Part shown: piece by piece, positions 29,977-39,400 of the stretch
Numbering within the stretch: the first letter of the stretch is position 1
Layout of the letters: each line of letters starts with the position of its first letter
DNA from: a virus
Direction: 5' to 3' (one strand)
IMG/VR virus record: IMGVR_UViG_3300045988_102364
DNA: 64,000 nucleotides
Position numbers and translations under genes: made by a program
The notes under the pieces: model-generated
Told to the model about the DNA's origin: nothing
Databases searched by the model: none
The model's input: the letters and a program-made list of their open reading frames with translations, nothing else

Positions 29977-30027
29977 CATATTTTTTACTATGGCTCCCGC
30001 ACCACCGGAAGGGCCTGGGCCTGGATC

Positions 30028-30321
30028 TCAGGTCAGATCCTTCCAGTTTATTTTTTCGCCGAGGTAATCTTGCACGGCAAGCCATCTTATAAAGGCTACT
30101 CCTTCGGGAGCATCCGGATCATCCAAATACATTAACGTAGCTTTCACCAACTCGTTCTCACATTTGAAGACCTTCGGAAAACCATCCGAATAGTACATTG
30201 CAAAGACATATTGGACATCGCCCCATGTCGCTTTATCCGGCTTCTTCGCTCCGCACTTTTCAAAAATATCTTTTATTTCCGGCTGCTTCCAGATCCTCTT
30301 GGATCCATCGACGTTGACCAT
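30028..30321 (-). CDS. hypothetical protein
   Basis: 97-aa ORF. Confidence 0.3.
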   Translation of the reverse strand: MVNVDGSKRIWKQPEIKDIFEKCGAKKPDKATWGDVQYVFAMYYSDGFPKVFKCENELVKATLMYLDDPDAPEGVAFIRWLAVQDYLGEKINWKDLT

Positions 30322-30414
30322 CTTCTTTACCGCCTCATCAGCAAGAGCATTAGAAAAATGGTAGCCGTAAGTATCTACATATTTCTGATAAGCTGGATCC
30401 TCTGCGTCTGCTCC

Positions 30415-30786
30415 TCAATAAGAACGACCTCTGCCACGTCCGCGACCTCTACGCATCTGAGGTCCGTCACCGTAGTATCTGTCGTCTCCATAGTAATCGG
30501 TCGGGTAGGATTCGTAACCCATCCTCCGGTATTCCCGGTCCTCCATTTCATGACGACGTTCGCGCTCCTCAAGCCTTCTTTCCCTTTCTTCCAGCTCGTT
30601 TTCGCGTTCTTCCATTTCCTTCATCTTCTCATGCATACCGTAATGATCATAAGGAGGAAGGAACCCATGTCCGTACTCCATGTACGTTCCATCAGCACGC
30701 CGGCTTCTGCCTCTGCCTCGTCTGTCTTCTATCTCGTCATATCCAGGATATTCTCTGTGTCCTGAATTTAAATCATATACTATCAT
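30415..30786 (-). CDS. Arg/Glu/Tyr-rich low-complexity protein with RGRGRGR and ERERR repeats
   Basis: 123-aa ORF on the strand of neighbouring genes; the overlapping plus-strand ORF 30211-30765 looks like antisense noise. Confidence 0.35.
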   Translation of the reverse strand: MIVYDLNSGHREYPGYDEIEDRRGRGRSRRADGTYMEYGHGFLPPYDHYGMHEKMKEMEERENELEERERRLEERERRHEMEDREYRRMGYESYPTDYYGDDRYYGDGPQMRRGRGRGRGRSY

Positions 30787-30793
30787 ATTATAC

Positions 30794-31288
30794 TTATTTC
30801 AAACGTTCTACAATTAACTTCTTTAAATCTTCGAATGAATCAGTAAGGTCATTCACCTTATTTTCTATACCAGCTATTTTACGATCCTGCTCTCTCGTTT
30901 GTTTGAATGCCGGATTGATGTCTTCTAATATAGATTCACAAGCCTCTATCTTGGCACGATGGGTATCTACGCTGTCTATTATGTCTTGACTGGTGCTTTT
31001 TATAGCATTCAGTTCGTTCATAATCGGATCTATGCTGGTAGATAATGTTATACCCATAGCCTTAGCCACATTCTGGGATTCCGGAACCGTATAGGTCTTG
31101 GTTTCGCCAGTGAGCTCTACCGTCAGATCCACCACGCGGGTCTGCATCGCCTGATACTGACCCGGCTGAGGAGGAAGATACCTGGGTTCGGATACGGCTA
31201 CTACCTTTCCCAATTCGTATTTAGGTACTGTATTAGTATCAAGGGTATGTACCTGAAACCCTTTCTTCAAATCTGAAAACATGATCAA
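30794..31288 (-). CDS. hypothetical protein
   Basis: 164-aa ORF. Confidence 0.35.
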   Translation of the reverse strand: MIMFSDLKKGFQVHTLDTNTVPKYELGKVVAVSEPRYLPPQPGQYQAMQTRVVDLTVELTGETKTYTVPESQNVAKAMGITLSTSIDPIMNELNAIKSTSQDIIDSVDTHRAKIEACESILEDINPAFKQTREQDRKIAGIENKVNDLTDSFEDLKKLIVERLK

Positions 31289-31338
31289 AATATTATTTAG
31301 GTGAAAATAGGGTGATGATCTCCATCACCCTACTGAAA

Positions 31339-31752
31339 TCATTTACCTGCTTTAACTTCAGACGCCTGGGCTGCCGCTACTGGAACACAGCAATCCATTA
31401 ATCTTAACACGCCACGAACTTTATTGAAGTACAGAAGGCGTTCTGTGCCATTTACCATAGCAGCACCCGTTACAGCTACGTTAATAGGGTTCACGACATT
31501 CACTCCCGTAACCGAGCAACAGGTGTCGGCTCCTACTGTTGAAACTGTGCTGTTTGCCGGGACCGCAATCTGTACCGGTAGAGCACTTCCGGCTGTGGGG
31601 ACTACTTGCCTTATCTTAAGAAGGATAAGACCCTCACACGGAAGGGCGATCCAAGCCCGTGGGTTAATACCGAAGATTGTATTTGTCGTACTGACAATAA
31701 CATTCTTCGTAACCATCTCATACAACGATCCTATTTTAGAAACACAAGCCAT
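31339..31752 (-). CDS. hypothetical Cys-containing protein
   Basis: 137-aa ORF. Confidence 0.3.
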   Translation of the reverse strand: MACVSKIGSLYEMVTKNVIVSTTNTIFGINPRAWIALPCEGLILLKIRQVVPTAGSALPVQIAVPANSTVSTVGADTCCSVTGVNVVNPINVAVTGAAMVNGTERLLYFNKVRGVLRLMDCCVPVAAAQASEVKAGK

Positions 31753-31775
31753 ATTAGCCTCCTCTCTTAATAAAA

Positions 31776-32840
31776 TCAGACAGCAGCGTTGTTATTGCAA
31801 CATCCGTTGTTACATCCACATCCGTTATTGCAGTAACCTCCTCCGAATACCTGTCCCCAAGAATAAGCCTGGTAAGGAGAACAAGAGGGGTAGGCTGGGA
31901 CGGCCGTCGGGCGTAATTGACCAACGATATTCTGGGTTTGTTGCTGAGATAATGCCGAAGCTGTCAAAGCCGCTTTTTCTTCACGAAGTTGAGCAATAGT
32001 GTTCTGCATCTCCCTCATTTCCAACTGACAGAATTTGTCGTTGATCATTTGCGTTTGCGCGTCAATCTTTGCCGACAACACATTGAAATGACCAGTCTCC
32101 TGCTCGCGGTTGTTTGTCAAACCCTGGTTGATATTGTTTTGCAGAATGTTGGTCTGCTCCAGCGTTCTCAGCTGATTGTCGAATCCTTGCTGAGTAATCA
32201 TTCCCTGAGTCTGGCAAGTGCTTTGATTGATCAACGAACTCAGATTGCAGCAGCAAGAGCTGATTTGATTTCCTATTTCACAACCTTGTTGTTGAACTGC
32301 GTTGATAACAGCCTGAGAAGTCATACCTACCTGACCAGCTACTTTATCAATAGCACCCTGTACGTTGCAGATAGCGTTCTGAAGTTGAGTAGTAGAACAG
32401 TTCAAAGCAGAAGCGATCTGATCTATGGCACTACGATTACCTTGAATTGCCTGCATCAAAAGTTCACGACCGTAATCGTTATTCAACTGAGCCGGCAAAC
32501 CATTGGCGCAACAATCACCACCATTTCCAAAACCGTTACCGAAGCCGCGTCCACCCCACAGCCAGAACAAAACAATTATCCAGAGCCACCAACCGTTAGC
32601 CCCACCGAAACCGTCCTGGTTGTTACGACCGTTCATCAAAGCCGCTACCAGATTCGGATCCATTTTATTACCACCTATCAAATTAGCAAACATGCCGGGA
32701 ATCATTGAAAGAAGACCGTTAGTGGCTGCACCACCACCGTTAGCCCCGGCTCCATCTAAAAGGACGATTTTATCACCACCCATAATTTTATAGTATTTAA
32801 TTGTTAAACATACGTGCATGAAGCACGTAACAAAGATCAT
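31776..32840 (-). CDS. Gly-rich / Gln-Asn-rich coiled-coil protein with Cys-rich C-terminus
   Basis: N-terminal GAGANGGGAATNG, central Q/N-rich heptads, C-terminal YCNNGCGCNNGCCNNN. Confidence 0.4.
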   Translation of the reverse strand: MIFVTCFMHVCLTIKYYKIMGGDKIVLLDGAGANGGGAATNGLLSMIPGMFANLIGGNKMDPNLVAALMNGRNNQDGFGGANGWWLWIIVLFWLWGGRGFGNGFGNGGDCCANGLPAQLNNDYGRELLMQAIQGNRSAIDQIASALNCSTTQLQNAICNVQGAIDKVAGQVGMTSQAVINAVQQQGCEIGNQISSCCCNLSSLINQSTCQTQGMITQQGFDNQLRTLEQTNILQNNINQGLTNNREQETGHFNVLSAKIDAQTQMINDKFCQLEMREMQNTIAQLREEKAALTASALSQQQTQNIVGQLRPTAVPAYPSCSPYQAYSWGQVFGGGYCNNGCGCNNGCCNNNAAV

Positions 32841-33530
32841 GATTGCAGGGTGGAATACAGGTGTGTTTATTTCCTATAGAAGAGAAGTATTTTCAGCAAA
32901 AACGGAAGTATAATACACAATAATTAATTTTCCCCATTTAAGGTGAAAAACTGATAATCAGAAACTTACGCTTTTCCCATTTTGGGTAAAGCGCTGTAAA
33001 TCAAACCAGGGCCCGCATCACTGCGAGCCCTGATCTCTAAACTAATACCATGAAAAAACTTAAATCTAAAAACTAAAGAATACACAAATGTATGAAAATG
33101 TACGCTTTTCACAAAGAATCTGTATCCTGTTCTTTTGTGTGATTCAAGACATGGGATATAGTTCTGATACTTAATACGGTTTGATTTCGTATCAGATTAT
33201 AAATATAGGATTTTGAAACTACAGTTCTTAATTGACCTAAATCATTCATAATGTTTTTATACATAAGATGAATGCTGTTATTACGTTTGATGGTACTGAT
33301 TCTCATTTCCTACCGTTATTAGTTACGTTCTGTTCTTACCTTCCCTATTTTCTATAATCCCTTCCTGAAACTAATATTGCAAACTTAATAAAAATAATTC
33401 ATAAACAACGAAAATCTAACTTTTCTTGTATGTTATTGATATACGTGCATATATAAGAAAAGTGAGACTTTCACAAGCCTCACTTCCCAAATTATAACTA
33501 TGAAAAAACTATATTATATATATACAAAAA

Positions 33531-35810
33531 TTATTTGCATTCTAATTTGTTAAGATCATCCAATTCAGACTTGCTTATGGTCATATCTTGCGTCAAGCCA
33601 GATCTGTTTTGGTATGGAGCGTAATCGGTTTCTACTGTCTTAGCCTTCTGGGTAGAATCGTATTTCACCTCCGATTCGGTCCCTGTCAGATTTTGGTAGA
33701 TAGAGCCGGAACTACTTTCGCTTACTTTAGACCATATCTTATTACCTACTCTTATAAAATTATCATAAATACCTTCGGCTGTTATAACACCATCTTGCTC
33801 TACGATATTAGGGCCCGATTTTTCTTTTAACAGATACGGGTGCCTGGTGTAAAAATAGTGTTCAAAATCATTCTCGGCATACGAAGGGTCATACCTATCC
33901 AAATAAAACAATTTTGATAAAAAAGGGTCGGTGCTGGTCATGCTATAATCAAACAACATCAACCTGTCTTTTCCAGATAAAGATAATTCTATTGATTTCA
34001 AAATATCAGGATCATCAGAAATAAGGCCCAAAGATGGACCAGGTTTGAAGTCAAGATACTTATAGGCATTATCATATAATTTTGTTTTATGGAGTTTGTT
34101 GTCAAGGTAAGATTGGTATAAATCGAATAAGGATAATGGGTTTTCGCTATCTTGTTTTTTGTTCATGTATCGACTATACTCCCGATCCACATCCACGTAA
34201 GGAACGTCAAGTACCGCCGGGTGTCCAAACGCCATCCTGGTCATTATCATGTCCTCCGTGTTCTGAGAATCCATGAACGATCTGACGTATTTTTTAATGG
34301 AAGCCATGAGCGTATTATTATCTACGTTCCGTACTTTCTCTTTATCCAAAACGCCGTTCTTAAAACAAGATTCAGGATATATTTTAGTAGAAAAATGAGT
34401 TAGGTTGTGCTTGGCTAACACTGTTGATATTTGATACATCTCGTTAATATCGTCTTTGCTGATCCTTTGATATAGATTATCTCCTACCTTAAGCAATGAA
34501 TGTTTCTCAAACGCTTCTACTGGGTCTATATTGGATTCAGAATAAACGATATTCAAATTATCCATATACTCCGGCAATAATTCAGAATAATAATCTGTGC
34601 TATCACCAAGAACATCATCTATAGAAGATGCCAGCGTTGGAGCATAATTTACATCATTATGCCTGGCCACATAAATATCAAGATCCAGCATCAAATTATC
34701 TATCTTATTCAAAGATTCTTCTGTGCCATCATAAGTTTCCGATGTCCCTATTATATCTATGCCAAACCACGTACAAGCCTCTTCTATATCCCATATCATG
34801 CTTCTTAAATCGGATTCGGTGTCGGCATTAGCCCTATGTAAATAAGCTGATATACGAGCTCTTAGGAACTCTATTTTGCCGGGATTGTAATAAGACAGAT
34901 CTTGTAGCTTAGACAAGGATCTTCTCTTGCCTTCTACCACATCATCCCCTTCTATGTTTATTACCGGAATCTTATTCGTAGATGAGAACTCATCAAACAT
35001 AGATTCGGCAAATTCTTTATCAGAAACGAATTTCTCAACCAGTTCAGGATATGAATTTCTCAACGATTCAAAAGCAGATGAAAATTCAGAAAAGTTTTTT
35101 ATGCCGGCTACTGTTTTACGCATAGCATAATAAAGCTCAGAAGGATTATATGGTACCTTTTTACCAAATTGGTTAAACACTCCCTCCTTGTAAACAATAG
35201 GACCATACTGATAGTCAATAGACATAAAATAATTATCTTTTTCCCTATCATGTTCGTTAATAGAAGAATCTATTAACTTTCTCATGGAAGTCGAAACCTC
35301 GTTTAAAACAGAAGGATCGGATAAAATACGACTTATTTCTGTTTCATCATACAAACCAGATCTCCTTAATTTCTGCTCATTCAGTATCAAACTGCCATCT
35401 ACATAAAAATCGAAGAGAATAGCATTAGACAATGAAGACGCATTGAAAAAATAATGAGTAGACAAAAGGAAATCCCTTACATCCTTAACATCCTGAGCCG
35501 TTAAAGGATCAGCAAAATAAGTCTGACGCTTCATATACGACAGCACGTCTTCTAAAAGAGGTTCACCATTGGGATCGGTATTAAACATCTCCCCTGGAGC
35601 CGGGTTATTCCAATGACCGTAATACGACAAAAAACCAGGAGTGTAAGCCTTAGCCCATACCTGAAGAGCCCGCTCGCTGTTTCCTAATACTTTTAAAGCA
35701 CTTTCGTAAAGGACAGAAGGCTCCCCGTTAGGAGCCTTAACCCGTTTTATTTCATTTTCCTTTTTTTCTATCTGACATTTGACACCCATAGTGATAAATA
35801 TTTTAGACAA
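33531..35810 (-). CDS. virion structural protein (759 aa), function unknown
   Basis: Large ORF in the structural block. Confidence 0.4.
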   Translation of the reverse strand: MSKIFITMGVKCQIEKKENEIKRVKAPNGEPSVLYESALKVLGNSERALQVWAKAYTPGFLSYYGHWNNPAPGEMFNTDPNGEPLLEDVLSYMKRQTYFADPLTAQDVKDVRDFLLSTHYFFNASSLSNAILFDFYVDGSLILNEQKLRRSGLYDETEISRILSDPSVLNEVSTSMRKLIDSSINEHDREKDNYFMSIDYQYGPIVYKEGVFNQFGKKVPYNPSELYYAMRKTVAGIKNFSEFSSAFESLRNSYPELVEKFVSDKEFAESMFDEFSSTNKIPVINIEGDDVVEGKRRSLSKLQDLSYYNPGKIEFLRARISAYLHRANADTESDLRSMIWDIEEACTWFGIDIIGTSETYDGTEESLNKIDNLMLDLDIYVARHNDVNYAPTLASSIDDVLGDSTDYYSELLPEYMDNLNIVYSESNIDPVEAFEKHSLLKVGDNLYQRISKDDINEMYQISTVLAKHNLTHFSTKIYPESCFKNGVLDKEKVRNVDNNTLMASIKKYVRSFMDSQNTEDMIMTRMAFGHPAVLDVPYVDVDREYSRYMNKKQDSENPLSLFDLYQSYLDNKLHKTKLYDNAYKYLDFKPGPSLGLISDDPDILKSIELSLSGKDRLMLFDYSMTSTDPFLSKLFYLDRYDPSYAENDFEHYFYTRHPYLLKEKSGPNIVEQDGVITAEGIYDNFIRVGNKIWSKVSESSSGSIYQNLTGTESEVKYDSTQKAKTVETDYAPYQNRSGLTQDMTISKSELDDLNKLECK

Positions 35811-35830
35811 AGATAGTATAAAAATAGAAA

Positions 35831-36418
35831 TTATGAAACTTCTATTTCATAATGCGAAGCCTCTGTCTCAACTATCAATCTTCCCTCTCCTTCGAACTCA
35901 ACGCTATCATTTCCTGGACCAGTAACAAAAGGGAAATCAGATACGGATGTTACATAATCTCCAGAACCACCGGAGAAAGACTGACTTTTACTTTGTTTGT
36001 AATTGATAGTCAATTGTGTTTTACCTATCTGAAGAGTTCCAGATAAATTTTTAGTATAAGTAGTGGTAGTTGTAATATCCCCATTTTTATAACAATACAT
36101 TATAAAGGTGGTAACCGGACTCTTTTTTATATTACTATCCGGACCTGCATGATAAGATTCATTTCCTCCAAATACGCTATAAATGTGACAATAAGGACCG
36201 ACTCTTTTACTTGAAGTTTTAGCCTTATCCTCGACTCCTTTCAAAGATATAGTAACCTTACTCTTGTATTCAATATCCTTCCAATTACAGACTCCTTCAC
36301 TTACGTTTCCAACAAACCTGTCATCAACATAAACCTCTATATTCCCCTGCTGATTGGTCTTCAACTGATACTGAACAAGACTTGAAACATCTTCGTATCT
36401 CCTTCTCATACTTAACAC
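35831..36418 (-). CDS. hypothetical structural protein
   Basis: 195 aa, beta-rich composition, coupled to the giant gene upstream. Confidence 0.35.
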   Translation of the reverse strand: MLSMRRRYEDVSSLVQYQLKTNQQGNIEVYVDDRFVGNVSEGVCNWKDIEYKSKVTISLKGVEDKAKTSSKRVGPYCHIYSVFGGNESYHAGPDSNIKKSPVTTFIMYCYKNGDITTTTTYTKNLSGTLQIGKTQLTINYKQSKSQSFSGGSGDYVTSVSDFPFVTGPGNDSVEFEGEGRLIVETEASHYEIEVS

Positions 36419-39400
36419 TCCTTATTTAACTCATTTATCGAATCCGAATTATCAGAACCTTCTACAAGATTCTTATTCCTATCTATCTCTTCCTGGCTCA
36501 TGTTACTTATCATATTTTGTATTTTTCTACCAGATTGAAATAAAGAACGGATGAATGCGCTGGAACTTATCTTAACTCCAAGATCCGGTTTTGCCCTAAA
36601 CGCTTCACCGGTACTGATATTATACAAATCATACACACCTGAGTTCATATAGAATTTATATATCCAGTTTCCACCAGCTTTTTTGTACCCTAATTTGGTT
36701 AACTCGACTACACTCATACCAAATTTAATGCCATTACGACCCATTATCTTCTCCGGTATAGGTTCTACCTTAGCCGGAACAGATGTATATGCTTCATCAC
36801 CGCCGTACAGGAAATAAGGGGTTGTCACCCTTGATATGTGAGTAAGCGGTTCTTCGGATATACGAGGCTCGTCTTTCGCAGCCTTAGATTCTTTCCTTGG
36901 ATTGGATATTCTAATAAAAGGATCGTATGTCAAAAAGGTTAAGCCGTATTCTACTTTATAACCTGACACGCCGTCAAGATCCCTTATAGCCTTAGTCGTA
37001 TGTGAGTGGTTGATGGTGTCTATCCCGTACCTTGATTCCATATCGGTCATAATACTATTAACCTCATCTCCCTCTACATAAACCTCTTCTCCTTCCGGGA
37101 TAGAGGTTATGCCGGCAGCCCTTCTAAGTAGCCATAAAGTAACTTCAGCAATGTCAGAGAACTTATCTCCGTTCTTCCTATAGTTATCTACTCTTCCTTC
37201 TTCAGATCCAGGTAATTCGACATTTCTTTCAACTTCGACATTTGTTCTGGATTGTCCTTTGCCTTCTCCATCTCCCTTTTTATCGCCATCTTCCTCAGCG
37301 CGTACTGCACCGCCTTCTGCACTTCCTTCTTTTCCATCATTTAAAATATTATCTGATTCTGACTCTATAGACTCCACGACAGCATCATACTCTGGTATGC
37401 CGCTAAGGAAATCTGCTACGTTATTCAAAAACTCTATTTTTTCCTCGTTTGTCATATCAAGGCTTTCCACGGGCTCCCATATGGCAGGCAAGTTGTTTGA
37501 TTTTATTGCAGTAGAAACATCTTCTATAGTTTGGTTGTCCACCGTAGGCAAAACTTTAGAAACCAAACTATTGATATCAGATTCCATTTTTTCTACTTCC
37601 TCTTTTGTGCCATATTCTTTTAGGGTATCCATGCCATTGACTCTAAGGGAATAATTTAAAGCCTTACTTGGAACAAAATTAATATATTTCAAAAAGTTTT
37701 TCAACTCTGATATAATTTGTTCGTCAGATCTTGGCCCAACATAATCAACCACCACCTGATCTGTTTGAGAACGAAGCCAAGAAACGTATTCTTCTAAAGT
37801 TTTACCACCTTTACTGGAAGGAGTGGATATTTTATCACCTACTGTTCCTTTAGGTTCTAATCCCATTTCCTCCTTAAGACTTTTAGGATTACCTCTCTCA
37901 CGAAGAAACCTCAAATCACCTCCTACAATCTTTCTTGCTATAAAATCAAAAATATTAGCATAAGACGGCAATCCTTCTTTTTCTATATGAGATTCTATTT
38001 CGTTTAACATAAGAGAGAAGTTTTTTCTGGAGGTGCGCTTCTTGCCATGTAAGGACTGCGTAGCTTGTGCCGCAGGAGCCGGCTGGGCTGGTGGCGCCGG
38101 CCGAGTCCCCCGGACAGCTCCTTCCTCTGGCATTTCCTCTTCATAAACATCCACATCTTCCTTGGAAGTAACGGTCTTACCATCATCAGAGAAAGGGAGA
38201 TCATCTTCTATAAGTGATTTAGGTCTGGAAGATGATTTACCAAACTGAATCCTGATCTTAGGAGCAACAAACATTTCACCTTCGAAATCTATTCCAGATT
38301 CTACTTCAGACGTCACAATGTCTTTCACGCTCCTACTTTCATCTTCTACCCACTTAACAACATCAGGAACTGTAGATAATTTTTCTATAGCCTCACGAGC
38401 TTTTCTAAGACCTGAAATAGGATTCAAATACGATACTTGATACGAAGCTGGATCAAGACCTAACTTGGTTAGATACGCATTAAGATCTTGTATGTCATCT
38501 TGACCCATCTGTAACAATTCAGAGTCACCGGATTCAAGCAGCATATCTATAAAAGAAATCCATTTCTTTCCTTCCTCTGATTCCACAGAACGTAGACTAA
38601 CCGGGAAAAGATAATTAAGACCGTTTTTGCCTTTGATGACAACTACCGGAACTCTTACATTTTTGTAATTATTCCCCTTGTCATTTAATATAGAATAAGC
38701 AAATGGGAAGCCTGTATATTTAGAGCCGTTCTTAAGCACGACTTTGCCATTTAAGACATACCCCACATCAGATACTTTTTCAGCTCCTTTTTCGGTAATA
38801 GGGAGATTTTCTACCTGACCATATCCTTGACCGTTTACTCTCATGTTAAACACCGGTCTTCCAGGAAGGGTCTGGGCAACAACATGCGTGCCGACGTTGA
38901 TGGTAGCCGACCGGCCGGCATCCTTCTTCCACTTGTTAAAAGCCGTTCTTCTTATTTTACTTATACCATCTATGCCACCCGTGTCAGCTTTAACAACAGA
39001 AACGAATCTGTTTCCACTCATGACCTTGATAACCATATTGGATACCAGCTTATTTTCAGCAGATTCTATTCTTTTTTTATCACCGGACTGAACAGCATCA
39101 TTGTATTCGGCAAAAAGAGACTGATTATAGGTATCATTTGCATCTATCTCAAGATTAACCTTATCTCCTTTCTTCAAAGAAGATAATGCTTCCTGATCTA
39201 TTTTATCTACCTCATTCTCTCCGAACCCAACACCTGTTCTGTACGGAACCAACTCATCTGAATCAAGACGCTTATAAACCAAAGAATATGAATTACCCAC
39301 GTCCTGAATAGACACATCTGTGTAACGGTTGAGAACACGAGCCGATTCTTTGTCTATAGACCATCTCGCATGATAAGGAAGTTCTATCACGGTAGCTGTT

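Noticed and set aside
30211-30765. 184-aa plus-strand ORF overlapping the RG-rich gene
   Set aside because: Composition (long hydrophobic and Ser/Thr runs) looks like antisense noise; neighbouring genes are all on the minus strand
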